Below are positions 23,340 through 37,049 of a DNA stretch of 64,000 nt, piece after piece. Origin of the DNA: Lama guanicoe (taxonomy: Eukaryota); NCBI GenBank assembly GCA_013239625.1, contig MU057036.1:14978655-15042654 (forward strand), in the 5' to 3' direction. The translations under genes and the position numbers were made by a program. The notes beneath the pieces are model-generated. The model saw only the letters and a program-made list of their open reading frames with translations. It ran no database searches and had not been told where the DNA came from. The stretch's first letter is position 1. Each line of letters opens with the position of its first letter.

Positions 23340-25170
23340 TTCGTTCTCAGGGACCACAAGGGCCCCTCTCAGGAGCTGCCCCACCTCCCCTCTGGTTGCC
23401 AAGCTCATAACTAGGGTTACATCCCAGCAGACCTGGCTAGGGATGTGCTGTGTCTGCCAAGGGAAGAAAGAGTTTATATACTGAAGGTGTTGCAAGAATT
23501 AGGCAGCATGTACCAGCAGAAGCCAGGGGATACCGCTGGCATTGAATTTTGAGAGTGCGCTAGGAATGTGCTGTGTCTGCCAAGGGAAGAAAGAGTTTAT
23601 ATACTGAAGGTGTTGCAAGAATTAGGCAGCATGTACCAGCAGAAGCCAGGGGATACCCCTGGCATTGAATTTTGAGAGTGCTTGATCAATAGGGTCAAAT
23701 GTAAGGCAAGATAAACACGAATTTATTGCCTTGGAGGCATTTTCTCAGGACACTGGCTTAACACCCTAGCAAGGACCCTGGGGAGCAGGGTGGTTCTTAG
23801 AAGCCTGGAGAAATTGCTGGATGATGCTGAGCAAAGTGCAAATGCCTGAGTTACCCTGGCTGATGGTAGAGGAAGGAATAAAAAGGCTGTGGGCAGTGGG
23901 CATGCTGGAATGGATGGATATGCTACATGAGTTCAGAAAAAACATCAGGAGATTATGTTGGGTTCGAGGGCCCAGAGGATACACTATTTATCAAGGCCGA
24001 GCTAGCTATTGTTGCCTATAAATGTCCAACCTGTCAGCAACAGAGACCAGTGCTGAGCCCCAACATGGAACTATTCCTCAAGGAGAACAGCAGGCCACTT
24101 GGTGGCATGTCAGCTACTCTGGGACCCTCCTGTCCCAGAAGAGCCGGCTCTCTGTAATCCTAGGGTGACTTCCTGTTCTGCAGATGAGTTTACCTTTCCT
24201 TCACAGAGAGCCTCATCTGGCACTAACAGAGGGCTTACAGGATGCCAAATCCTCAGACATTCTATTCTACACAGCATGACCAGGGAACCCATTTCACAGC
24301 AAAAGAAGTATAAGAGTGGGCCCATGACCACAGGATCAAATGGTCCTATCACGTCCTGAACCATCCAGTGTCATAGAACACCGGAGCGACCTTCTACTGT
24401 CACAGTGGAAGTGGCAGCACAGAGGCAACACTGAAAAGATAAGGTGCCACCCTTCAGGATGTGGTATATGCATCGGATTAGAGAAAGATCTCTCTACAGT
24501 GCTGGGTCTCCAAGGAGAAGAATATATGGGTCCAGAAACAAAGGACTGGAAGCAGGTGTTATTAACATCACTCCCAATGAACCACTCCAGCTCTGAGATC
24601 TTCAGATGTCCTAGTCTCCTTGCCAAGGGACGTATCAAGAGTCCATTGAACTTTAAGATTTGACAATGGCCAGGGCAATTTGGACCCTTAATGTCCAGGG
24701 ACAAGCAGGCAAAAGGAAGAGTCACCATAGTGGCAGGAGTGATAGACCCTGATCATCAGGAGGAGGGAGAGCTGCTTTTAATCACAGGTCAAGGAGGAAC
24801 ATGAGTGGAGCTTAGGCACGCCTTTGGTGCTTCCTAGTACTCCTTTGCCCCTTTGGAACTGAGACAGGGTGGTGCCAAGAGCTTAGAGCTTTAGGAATGA
24901 ATATCTGGTCACATAAACAAGTAAGCCACCAAGGCTTGCTGAAGTGAAGGCTGAGGATGAGGGAAATTTAGAATGGATGGTGGAAAAGGGAGAGGATGAG
25001 TTATCAGTTGTAGCCCTGAGATTGATTACACAGATTGACCAATTGCAGTTGGTACCACTAACTTCCTTTTCTAAGTTTCCTCTTGGGAAGAGAGACCCAC
25101 AGGAACCATGGGAAGATCTGCTACCTGAACTTGCATGGAAAAGAAATCTGTATGGCACAGGGAATAGATC
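23340..25170 (+). mobile_element. Degenerate ERV-L internal region (ERV3-16A3/HERV16-like): gag, integrase and dUTPase remnants; protease/RT deleted
   Basis: LSKVQMPELPWLMVEEGIKRLWAVGMLEW (ERV-L gag), CPTCQQQRPVLSP (IN zinc finger), PLNFKI*QWPGQFGPLMSRDKQAKGRVTIVAGVIDPDHQEE (ERV-L dUTPase after IN); many stops and frameshifts. Confidence 0.9.
23436..23681 (+). repeat. Tandem direct duplication, 2 x 123 bp
   Basis: Copies 23436-23558 and 23559-23681 differ at only 2 positions by eye (gggatg/ggaatg; taccgct/tacccct). Confidence 0.95.
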
Positions 25171-25316
25171 CTGNNNNNNNNNNNNNNNNNNNNNNNNNNN
25201 NNNNNNNNNNNNNNNNNNNNNNNNNNNNNNNNNNNNNNNNNNNNNNNNNNNNNNNNNNNNNNNNNNNNNNNNNNNNNNNNNNNNNNNNNNNNNNNNNNNN
25301 NNNNNNNNNNNNNNNN

Positions 25317-25560
25317 GTTTAGGGAGGGCAGACTTCCTGCTGTATCCTCACATAATGGGGGGAGGGAGAGAGAGCGAGAGAGAGCACGCTCTGGTCTCTT
25401 CTTCTTATAAGAGCATTAATCCCATCATGGGGCTCTACTCTCAAGACATCATCTAAACCCTAATACCTCCCAAAGGTCCCCCCTCCAAACACCATCGCGT
25501 TGGGTTGGTTAGGTCTTTACATGTGAGTTTGGGAGGGATGCAAACATTCAGTTCATAGCA
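25317..25560 (-). mobile_element. MaLR MLT1A/B-like LTR inserted into the ERV-L 3' LTR
   Basis: ttataagagcattaatcccatcatgggg...acctcccaaaggtcccc...caaacattcagttcatagca. Confidence 0.85.
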
Positions 25561-26005
25561 TCTGACAACCATGAAAATGTACGTCTCAGATAACAAGGAG
25601 TTTAAGTGACTGATGGTCCCAGCTGCTGCCCTTCTGGACCCAACATTGGGCTTGCACCAAGGCCGAACCTGTGGGCTCCCAACCCATGACTAAGCATGGT
25701 GGGGATGCTAATGACAGCCCATTCCTTCAAGATGCAGGATTCCTCCAACAGGTGACTTTGGTTGGAAGACTCCCCACAGACCTGGCTGAAACTTTCTCTG
25801 AACTGTGCTAAGTTCTTGACTCTTCCTACTCACCTCTCCTTCCTTCCTTCCTTCCTTCCCTCTCCCTTTCAGGGATGTCAGACCTGCAACTGGTGGCTCT
25901 CCTCACTTCCTCCTGCTTCCTCTCCCTTTACCCATCACAGGTATTTCCCCAGTAAATCTCTTGCATGTTCAATCCCATCTAGGCATCTGCCCCTCAGCAG
26001 ACAAC
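25561..26005 (+). mobile_element. LTR16-family 3' LTR of the ERV-L
   Basis: ccagctgctgcccttctgg...gacctggctgaaactttctc...ccccagtaaatctcttgcatg...atcccatctaggcatctgc; lies directly downstream of the ERV-L internal sequence. Confidence 0.75.
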
Positions 26006-26019
26006 AATTAAGATCTTCC

Positions 26020-26320
26020 ATAAAATATATAGGATGCTGGATGCTGTGATGGAAGAGAATGTGGTGGTGATGGGAAGGTGATTACTTCACAGGGCAGTTG
26101 GAGGAGGCAGTGGGAAGACTGATCCCAGGCTCTAAGGAAGTGACTGCTGAATCAGGATGTAAAGTGAGGGGAAGGCAAGGACCACACAGAGAGCTGGGGG
26201 GTTGTGTTCTGGCATGGGGAAGGTCAGGAAGGCTGGAGTGTAGTGGGTGAGGGAAAGTGGCAAGAAGAAGATGGAGAGGTCAATGGAGATCAGCTCCTGT
26301 GGGGGTTGTTGACTGGATAG
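26020..26320 (-). mobile_element. L2 fragment
   Basis: aggaaggctggagtgtagtgggtgaggg...gatggagaggtcaatggagatcag. Confidence 0.55.
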
Positions 26321-28827
26321 AATGGTCAACTAGAAACAAGGGAGAAGCAATCTCATGTGTACAAATAACTCAGTGACCCAGGATTTACAATTCCATATGG
26401 CAGCTCCTTTCAGTACTAATTTATCCATTCATCCATCCACTTGTTCATTCATGTTGAAGTTTTAATTCTCCAAAACAGAAAACTGCTTTCCTTTCATGCC
26501 TATCGGGCCCTTATCACAAAAGCTGGTTTGTAGATTATAAGGTTCTAGAATTTGGACCTCAGCTTTTAGATCCAAAACTTGTTTTCTGTCTGCCTGGATG
26601 AGATCAGTCTCTCAAGGATTCTCACACAAACAACTCAAGAGGCTGATGTCAACCCCCAAATAATACATAGAAAGCTAAGGTGTTGGTTAGTCAGAATAGT
26701 ACTCTTGTTCTATAGAAAAATCTATCCAGGGAGTTAAGATTTAATCCCAGGGTTTTTTTTATCAGCAACCATCTCCTAACAGGTGAAACTCTCTCTGATT
26801 TCCCCTAATAGATCCTTTTGTAGTTTCCATAGAGATCATACTCACGCTCCCATTAACACTTTCTTTCTTCAGACAGAGCACAACGCAATTGATTAGATTA
26901 AAGCTTTCCTGGTTATAATCTCATCACACCTTCTTCCCTGAGCTTAACCTCCAGGTTATTGTAAATGAATTTGGGGTGTTCCTGTAACTTTTTGATTGCG
27001 TATTTCTTGGAAAATTTCTTGAACTATAAATAATAGTAATCAGTAATAGCAAATAATTATTATTATAGATGATGTATAATGCTTACTTGTGATGGGCTAA
27101 GCCCTTTACATAAGTTATTTTATTAAATGCTTTAAAGTGCTCTGTGAAGGAAACATTTAGATATCTATTTTATAGGGAAAAAAACCTGAGACTAAGTTAC
27201 TTGTCATTGTGGCTTCAAAGCCCATCCTGATTTCTTCTGTTCTCTGTGATTTCTGTGCCCTTTTTCTTTCCCTTTCTTCCCTTTCCTTTTTTTTTTTTCC
27301 TTCTGTGATAATTAAAAACTATACATGCAACGTATACAGATATTTCAAAAAATACAGAAGAAAATGAAGTTAAAAGAACAGTGCCCATTCTCACTTCCTA
27401 ATGCCAGCTCTGGCCACCCTGTTTCCCACTGGAAGTAAATCACTCCTGAACAGTTTTCTTGAATAAATCCCACCATATTCTTCACACATGCACACACACA
27501 CACACACACACTTTTTACTTTGTGTATTTTCCCCCAAAATACAAATGCTGTGTGTAACTGTGTATCTCAAACATGCTTCCTCATCACTACTAACGGATGC
27601 TTTTTATTCTTTCAAATTGATTCGTCTAAACTCCCCTATTTTCCATTGATCTGCCTATTTGGACACCAGAATCAAAGTGTTTCAGTTACTATAGATACAT
27701 TTTAATGTGTTAGCGTTATTCTTCCCCTTTATTTTTAGAACTTTCTGGACAATTTTCACATCTTTTCTTCCAAATCGATTTCAGACACATTTCTTCTTTT
27801 CAAGTTCAGAACAACAACAGGATGGAAGAAGAAAACCTATTTACATTTTGAGCAGGATTGTATTGAGACTATAGGTGAATTTAGGGATAATTGACATCTT
27901 TATACTATTTTTGTCTTGCTTTCTAAAACCAAAAAGTACACAATTTCTCCAGGAAAATCATTTTCAAAAACTAATACAATGGAGTGTGACAGTGTCACAG
28001 CAGCACATGTGCAGAGTATTATAGATGAGTGGGAAACGAGTAGAGGAGGGGCCCCCAGTCTGGCTCATGGTTGACTTCTGGATTAAAATTCATCTCCCAA
28101 CTATCAACTCCTTGGTTCTAGTTCTGACCTCTGAAGTGTTTAATTTATCTTCCTCCTGTGTGCTGAAAAAAATTTTGGGGTCTCTTTTAAAACTTCTGCC
28201 AGCTGAACATCACCATTTTCTTAAGTAACATGATTTTCCAGACTCTTCATCCATTTCTTTCCTTCTGTAGACATCAGCCTCTTAAATTGTGGTGCTCAGA
28301 ATTTTAATACAGTAGCTGTGAAGATTTAAGATCTGCAGCTTCAAGAATATGTGTGAAGTTTCATGACCGAATTTTTTCTTAAGGCACAAATTTGAATCAT
28401 ATAGGCTCAAGTAGAGGATGGATGGAGGAATGGAGAAATAACATTCATTTACCCATCCATACATTCATTCCACAAATATTTCACTGACACTTGTGCAGAA
28501 ATCATTCCTAAGTGAGTCTAGCTGGTTTTCAATCATCTGCTTGTGAGCCCAGCCTTACTGTTCTCTACTCTAAAGCGCTCATGCATCTTGTGAGGAAATT
28601 GGGTGAGGATTCTGTGTGAGGATTTCCATGACACTACCAAATACCTTGCTNNNNNNNNNNNNNNNNNNNNNNNNNNNNNNNNNNNNNNNNNNNNNNNNNN
28701 NNNNNNNNNNNNNNNNNNNNNNNNNNNNNNNNNNNNNNNNNNNNNNNNNNNNNNNNNNNNNNNNNNNNNNNNNNNNNNNNNNNNNNNNNNNNNNNNNNNN
28801 NNNNNNNNNNNNNNNNNNNNNNNNNNN

Positions 28828-31440
28828 ACTGTATCATCTCCAACATTTCATATGGTCTTTTTTTTTTTTAAGCCATTCTAATGTATGTGTTGAGTATGTC
28901 ATTAGAGTTTTAATTTGCACTTCCCTAATGACTAATTTTATGGTGTATTTGCCACCTGTATATCTTTTTTGAGAAATGTCCGGCTTTTTTACCTTTTTGT
29001 ATTAGGTCGCTTTTCTTCTTTTTTACTGAGTTATAAGAGTCCTTTATATATTCTAAATACAAGTCCTTTCTTGGATATATGCTCTCCAAATATTTTCTCC
29101 CTGTCTGTGGCTTGCTTTTTAATTTTGATAATAGTGACATTTAAAGATTAAGTTTTAAATTTTAATAAAGACCAATGTATTTGTTTTATCTTTTATAGTT
29201 TGTGTACTTTGTGTCCTGTTTAATAAATATTTGCTGGATCCAAGGTCACAAGATTTTTTCCCAGATATTTTGTCTGTAAGTTTTACAGTTTTAGCTCATT
29301 TTAATTTAATTTTTAGATATGGTGTGAGATAATAGTCCAGTTTCTTTCTTCCTTCCTTCTTTCCTTTCTCTTTCTTTCTTTCTTTCTCTTTCTTTCTTCC
29401 TTCCTCCCTCCCTCCCTTCTCTCACCCTCTCTGTCTCTCTCTTTTGTGTATGGTTATCCAGTTGTTCCATCATCATTTATTGAAAAGATTGCCTTCTCCT
29501 ACTGACTTGCCTCAAACATTTGTGAAAAATCAAATGCCCATTGTAGGTTTATTCTGGACTCTATTCCTGTCCTCTTGACCTGTATGTTTATTTTTATGCC
29601 AATGCCACACTACTTTGATTACTGTAGCTTATAAGACTCAAAGTTATGTTGCCTAAGTCCTAGAAATTTGTTATTTTTTAAAGTTGTTTTGGTTATTCTA
29701 GGTCCTTTGCATTTCCATATACATTTCAGAACCAACTTACCAATTTCTATTTTTTTAAAGCTTTCTGGGATTTAATTTAGATTATATTAAGTTTATAGAT
29801 TATTTGGGGATAATTTATGTCTTAACAACATTGAATCTTTCAATTCATGCACATAGTATATCTCTCCCTTTAAGTCTTTAATTTCTCTCAGCAATATTTT
29901 ATAGTTTTAAGACTATATGCCTTACACATCTATTGCCAAATTTATTGCAAACTATATCATATCTTCATGCTCTTGTAAATGGTATCATTTAAAAATTTTC
30001 CACTTCTAAGTGTTCATTGCTGATAAATATGAAAATATAATTAATTTTGAAATTAATGTTGTAATTAACTTTGCTAAGCTTAGTCATTAGTCCTAGTAGG
30101 TTTTTTAAAAATTCTAAAGATTTTCCACATAGTTGATCATGTAGACAAATAAAGACAGTTTCATTTCTTCCTGTCCAATCTTCTTATTTCGCTGGCTAGT
30201 ACTTCCACTGCAATACTGACTAGAAAGACTGAGAACAGACATTCTTGTCTTATGCCTGATCTTAGGGGGGAAGCAATCAATTTTTTACAGTTACGTATGA
30301 TGTCACCCATAGGTTCTTTGTAAATAACTGCCTCTTACCAGGTTAAGAAACTTTATGTTCCTAGTTTGCTGAGAATTTTTTTTGGGGGGGGAAATGAATT
30401 TTGTCCAATGCTTTTTCTGCATCTTTTGAGTTGATCACATGGTCTTTCTCTTTGTCTCTCAATATGGCGAATTACATCTATTTTGATATGTTAAAGCAAC
30501 TTTGCATTCCTAGGACAAATTCCACTTGATCATGATGTGTTATCCTTTCTATATGTCATTGGATTTCATTTGCTAAAATTTTGTTGAGAATTTTAAAGTC
30601 TATTTTTATGAGGGTTATTGGTCTAAAGTTTTCCATTCTTGTAGTATATTTATCTTCTTTGATGTCAGGGTAATATTAGAGTCATAAAATATGTGAAGAA
30701 TGCTTCCATTTTCTGGGAAATGTTGTTTCATATTGGTATTAATTCCTCTTTAAATATTTAGTATATTCACCAGTGAAGCTACCTAGGCCTGGAGCATTCT
30801 TTGTGAAAAGGCTTTAAACTCCCCATTTAGTTTCTTTAGTCTAGGATTAATTTTGCCCCCCTTTGAAGGATTCCCCTGTGAGTATTGTGTCTGATGTTCC
30901 ATGTGCTCTGAGAGGTTTCCACTCTAGCTGCTGGGAATACAAATTATCCGAGACCTGTATGATTTCCACACATTGTCGCCACTGCTGTCTTGGAGTAGTT
31001 CTTTTCCTTGTCCCAGGTTATTTTCTCACACAAGTGAGCCACTCAGTATTGAACTGATGACTCAGGGGCACACTCTGCCAATCTCTGGGAGTCCCTCCTT
31101 GTGCAGCTGTCTTCTCTCTGATACCCAGACCATTGAACTTCAGCTATCTTGACCTCCTTGAAATCCCAACTGCATTTCCTCAACTTAGGGAGATTGCCTG
31201 GCTCTGGTTGCTCCTCCCTGTACTGTGGGCTGAAAACTTCATCCAGAGTTTCCACTGGGCGGTTGTAAAGATCATCTATCTGTTTCTCCTCTCTCAGTGA
31301 TCAGTTTCCTTTGCTGCTTGTTGTCCAATGTCTGAAAACACATTGTTTCACATATTTTGCCTCATGTTTTTAGTTATTTAAGGTGAGAAGGTAAATCTGG
31401 TCCTTGTTAATTCACCTTATCTAGAAGCTGAAATTTCTTA
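28828..31440 (-). mobile_element. Old L1M (MB/MC-like) LINE: ORF2 3' part plus more 5' sequence; includes (TTTC)n at 29341-29440
   Basis: gttttaatttgcacttccctaatgacta, ggtcctttgcatttccatat, cattcttgtcttatgcctgatcttagggg, ttcaccagtgaagctacctaggcctgg. Confidence 0.85.
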
Positions 31441-31709
31441 CATATTCTCATTTGTATAGCCCAAGATTGCCTGACCCTTTCTAGAAGTCAAGTTCTGCTG
31501 AGCTTGCAGTCTATCACAACCTATAGGTTTTTCATTCTTTAACATCCAGGTTCCTAAAAAGTAAGGTCTCCCTGATCTTGTATTTGTGTGATTGATTCAT
31601 CAACTTAAAGTCAGCTCTCATATTTATTCTATCAGATTTCTTCATATTAATTTTGGTCCTTAGGTGTCCTGGAATCCTGCTTCTACCATCCATTCTGCTG
31701 TCTATCTCA

Positions 31710-32790
31710 TTTATTAAATGAATATTTATCAGTGCCAAGTACGTGCCTGGCATTATTCCAGTTGATACAGGGGATACAAACACAGTTCTTGTTCTCATGG
31801 AGTTGACATTTTGGGAGTGAGGGAAATACACAACAAACAGAAACCGATACACAAAATAATTATTTCAGATAGTGCTACATGCTGTGAAGAACTGAGTACT
31901 GTGACAGAGAACAACCAGGGTAGGAAATTGGCTGCTTTAGCTTTGGCTTTCAGGGAAGTTCTTTGAATGGGTTCTTGGTTGCAAACAATAGAAAACTCTG
32001 CTTAACTTAAGCAGAAAAACATTTTGGGGGAGAGTTTCAGGTAACTAATACCACTGATACGTAGGCTGCAGAACCCAGCTTCAGTGGGACCCAAGGGAGG
32101 CAAAAAACAACGAAGAAAAAAAATCACAGAGTCATCTGCACATCAGCTCAGCACCAACCAGCCATGGCCACTGCTAAGAGCACCACCGTTGGACAACCAT
32201 CACTGCAATGAACTCCACCAACCTTCCATACTACTAGAACCCTGCAGGACTCCATGGTACCAGAGCCACCATGAAAACTGCACCTGCCTCTGCACATCAT
32301 CACTCTCTTCAGATTTGAAACCCAGGAACAGGAAATGACTGGCTGCATTTGAATCATGTGCCCGGGTCTTAGCTTCCACGGGTAGGTTAAGAGAAGACCT
32401 GACCCTTTGAAGTTTCATGAGCACGAGATGTTCAGTTGCTGGGTAGATAATAGACAATGTCTCTATGGCCTCTCTAAAAAGGTGACATCTGAAGAATGGG
32501 AAAAGGCAACCCTATGAAGAGCTGAAGAAAATGCATTCTAGACCAAGAAAACAGTAGGAACAGAGACCAAAACAGGAATAAGCCTGGTGTTTTCAAGGGA
32601 TGTGAAGTCCCTGGGTGGCTGGAACACAGGGGACAAGGGAAAGAGACTCAACAGATAAGATCTAGGAGATGTCAGAAGTATGATATCTACAACTTTAAAG
32701 AGCACGGAAGGGGATTTGCAGGGTACTTCTGTTGCACAAGGAAATCATCGGCATATTGAAGCGTTACCAGAAAGGAAGTGATATGACCCC
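31710..32790 (-). mobile_element. L2 split by an MLT1(K-like) LTR at ~31965-32465
   Basis: L2 tail/body motifs on both sides; ggttcttggttgcaaacaatagaaaact marks an MLT1 end. Confidence 0.7.
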
Positions 32791-33765
32791 TCCTGGTGGT
32801 GTTCACTTCAAATTTAGAAAGCATTTTTTTTTTAACATTAGGTTGTAAAAATGTTATAGCAACACTGAAGAATTTTAGGAAAAAATAATTTAAAACTTCA
32901 TTCTTTTAAGACTGTTTTCATTGCTGCCTATTTTCTTCAAATTTTGCCCATATGCACACTTACTTTTGTATCTCTGCCCATTGTACGTAAACTTTTATGT
33001 TTTATTCTTTTTACTGAATGTTGCATATTACACATTGTTCAACACTAGGGATAGTGCTGTATTGCAAATTTGTCTTTACAAATTTTCTTTAGAATGCACA
33101 TTTAGGAATGGGATTACAGAGCTGCAAGATACACACAGTTTATTTAAAATGCAATACATATCTCCATAGAGCTTTCTGAAAGAGTTGCATTGATTTATAA
33201 TGTTACCGAAGTCCATGAGTATATTAGTTTCACCAGTTATGTAACTGCTGACTTTGCAGCACTAATCTGACTCAGGTTGTTCTCATTTTCGTGTCTTTGA
33301 TAACTACTGCCACCTTTGTGCATTGAGGCTCCAAGGAAGCCATAGGTAGGGCAGTAGGAAGTGAGAGGGAGGCATAGTTTCTCTGGTCCCACCTCCACTT
33401 CTAGGACTGTGAAACCACAGCCTGACATTCCACTCTGCCTCTTCTCTGGGACTTCTAGAGTGTCTCACCGGTGGCATCTCCTTTGCTGTGGCTTCCCCCG
33501 TTGATGGCTGCTTCCAGTCTACCTCCATCCCCAGGGCCTGGGTCTTTGTGCCCTATTCCCCCTCCATGACTGCTCACTCTTCCTCTGTCCTCTGCCTTGT
33601 TGGATAAAAAGCCACTCCTCCCTTCTGTGCTCCCGGTGTCAGGTTACCCGAATGGAGAAAATTCCCACGGCCACTACCTTTGCTGCAAAGAGTGCTTCCT
33701 GGTGATCTCAGTTTTCTTACAGAGATTCAAAACCATTCATACATCCAACAACTAATTATTCAGCA

Positions 33766-34200
33766 GTGTATCAGTCAAAATCCCAGCAGGAAACAGATGG
33801 CACACTCAAACTGGGCGGCTGAGAAGGGTTTAATAAAGGGATTATTTGCAAATATGGGCTGGAGTTAAGGAAGCCAACAAAGGATGATGTAGTGCCCAGG
33901 CACTAGCAACAAACAGGAGTTACTGCCACCTAAAAGGACAAGAAGAGAGAGTGGTTACAGAAACTTAGATAGAGGAGCTTGATAGAGAGGGCTGCCTGGC
34001 AGAATCTATGACATTGGGAAGAGGGTTGCAGGAAATCCATAGCAACCCATCAAGGAAGACGTCAGGGGAGTACATACCCTAAGCTCACTCTCCTCCTGCC
34101 CCTGGTATCCTGCCACAGCCTCCGTTGGCTGAATACAATCAGAGGCCATAAAGGAAAAGAGACTCTTTATGGAGGCAGGAGCTGGAGGACACAGTGATAG
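33766..34200 (-). mobile_element. ERVL-class solo LTR (LTR41-like)
   Basis: tgtatcagtcaaaatcccagcaggaaacagatggcacactcaaa...gtttaataaagggattattt. Confidence 0.65.
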
Positions 34201-35754
34201 CATACCGCCAATGGGAATAAGACTCCTGGGGATGGAGGATGTCCTGAGCTCCCTATCATGACTGAAGCAGATAGGAATAAAAGCCATGATGGGGTTGGTC
34301 CAGATGGTCTCAAGGTGAATACTGAGGCTGCCAGTGTTTGGAGGGGATGGAGGGAAGCATGAGGGTCTTGCCAGAAGTGTGCAAAGTTCTTATGCCACTT
34401 CTTAACCCTTCCTAATGATGATGATATATCCGGGGAGAGGCAGTGTTTTCCTGAATACCAGAGATCCAATGGCTACTCTTAGATTCATAGTATGGAGGTG
34501 TGGAGCCCTCGTCATATTAGTACTCACTCTTTAATTTGCTATGTTCATTTACCCCATGTCCTTCCATGACCCACTGTTCCTCGATCAAGAATGTGCAGGC
34601 TACTTATTTCATAACTAGCAAGTATTGGCCCCTATCGTGGTGCTGGGACTACAAAGACACACGCTATGGTTCTTTACTCAAGAGGGAGAGATCTAGCACG
34701 TAAGCATGTAGTAATTAGAACAGAAAGTAACGAGCACAGTGAGAGAAATACACAAAGGATACTATGGGAGCATGAAGGATGTCAGGGAGGTGATCATCTC
34801 TTCTATTGGCAGGGATTCTCTGCTGAGAGCCCTCCATCCATCATTAAGACAGAGCTTCAGTTGGATGGCGGTACCCAGAGACTCTTTGAGACTCCACTGC
34901 TCTGCAAAGTGTGGACTTTCTTCCTGTGAATGTGTCTTTTAAATATGTTGTGTATTTCCTCTTTGGTGAATTATTGTTTCTATTCATCATGTTTTTTTCC
35001 TGGTAAATTTAAATCCCATTTTTTAGGTATTATAGATATTATTCTGTCATACTTGATGCAAATCTTTTTGACAGCCTGATTTTTTCTTTTTAATATTAGT
35101 GATGTTATTCTGCATTGTATGGCTATTTTAAAAGTCTGCTTATTCAAACCTGTCATTTGTCAGTCTTTTCTGTTTAGATTGTTTATGTTTCTTTGTAGCT
35201 GAGAATATTATCATTCCTCTACAGATCTATGAACATTTTATTCTATTTTCTACCAGACTTTCATACAATTTTGAATTATTTAGCACTTTTAATCTATTTG
35301 AGAATGATTCTGCATGCTCTTTAACATATGAACATATGTTTATTCTCCTCTCAAATATTATAATATTTTCTATATTATCATGCAACTTACCAATAAAACT
35401 TTGGGAAAGCCCAGAGCCAAGTCTGCCACCCAAACCACTAGAAGGTTCCTTTTCGACTTACATTAATCCATTATCAATATCATTGGCAATTCCCCCATGG
35501 ATTACCCAGCTCAGTGTGTGTATTTTGCATGGTAATTGTCTCATCCCTGGTAAGTTCCATAAAAGCAGGGATCATCTATACATCCCCACTACCTAACAGA
35601 GTACCTTACACATTGTTTATTTGGCACCTTAAATATCTGTCAAATGAATGAATAAATAACAGAATGAATTAAATCCATCCACTGTTTTAATATTCATCTT
35701 CCTGTAAGTCCACAAGGAGAAAGTGAAATGCTACTTAAGCCACCTGGCTTATAT

Positions 35755-35925
35755 TATTTCCTGGATCCACTAGTCTAATAACCTTACCCAAAAGAAGATT
35801 ATGTTAGACGCAGGGCATCCCTAGTGGACACACACTGACTCCCAGTAATCACTGCTGTCTTATCTGAGTGCTCACAGAACATCTGCTCACTGATCTTTTC
35901 TAAAACCTTGTCTGAAATCTTCTTG
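35755..35925 (-). mobile_element. CR1/L3 LINE reverse-transcriptase fragment
   Basis: Minus strand translates ISDKVLEKISEQMFCEHSDKTAVITGSQ, resembling CR1/L3 RT IPGKILEQIIKQMVCEHL..AVITRSQHGF, followed by ggttattagactagtggatc (V.RLVD). Confidence 0.75.
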
Positions 35926-37049
35926 ATCTCCAGAGTCCATTCTCACCCTGCCCTCACCACTTTTTGAAAATGAGGGCAGAGACCAGGTCTTCATTTGGCT
36001 CAGTTTCCTCCTTGCTGAGCAGTATTCTGAAAAATAAAAAGTAGTTGCTTAATAAATGTTTAATGAATGAATAAACAAATGAACAAGTGAAAAATAACTA
36101 TTACCCATCCAAACCTTCTAGACAGCTTAAATGAAATAATCCAAATAAACATGTAACACTGGGTAGTGTGCACCCACAAATCACCTCTGTTCTGTGTATG
36201 ATGTAGACACAGCTTGAAAGTACTCACCGCATTAGGAGGGATTCACAGAGAGGCAAAAACAATGTGCTGGTCCCTGACATGGGAAAAGCACTTTCTGGCC
36301 AATGCGGCAATCCTCGACTTTAGGTCATTTGAGCAAGACGTGACTCAGGTTGGAAAATGTTTGCAGACATCTGGCTTCAATTCAAATTTTGCAACTGTTT
36401 GAGAGGCATTTAATCTTATTCCTTTGTCCATAAAACAAGAAAGAAAGCAAATCTGTGTGTGTTACAGTTTCTTCTCAGGTCTGACCACTTGTGCAAGAGT
36501 CTGAGTCAAATCACTAATTTTTGGTTGTGCAGCAAGAATACGAAAAATAAAACAAAGTCTATGATAAGTCATCTGCTTTGACTCTAACTGAATTATTTAA
36601 TGTTATTGCATGTGAATGGTGTTCAATACCATTTGTCATAAAGCAGAATCAAGCTAATCTTACTGAAGGTCAGGTTGAAAGTCCTCCAGTTTAATGAAGC
36701 ATCAATATCAAATTGGACTGAGTGAATTTTCTGTTGGAGAATCTGATAAGCAATAACTAATCTAAGAAGAGGAACGAATGCAAGGCCAACTAAAGCTATG
36801 TTCAGTCCTAATGTGTTCTAACAAGATCATCAGGCCCCTCTGCTGGCCTGGAGACTGGTTAGTACCACTGAAGGCACAGAGTGTGTGCTCAGAGTAAGCT
36901 GGCCACTCCGCAGGTGACCAGCAGCTGGGGTCAAGGGCGAGTCCCTCTCGCTTGCAGCACTCCACACCTCCTGTAGGATTATTATAAAAACAGGGGGGCT
37001 CCGGGCTGTAGTTTGCTGACAACTGCCCTATATTCTCAGCCTCTTCAAA

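Noticed and set aside
23821-24728. ERV-L ORFs as a domesticated gene
   Set aside because: Fragments are short, in different frames and interrupted by stops
36610-36640. Hairpin as a pre-miRNA
   Set aside because: Stem is ~14 bp, far too short; no known miRNA sequence recognised anywhere in the window
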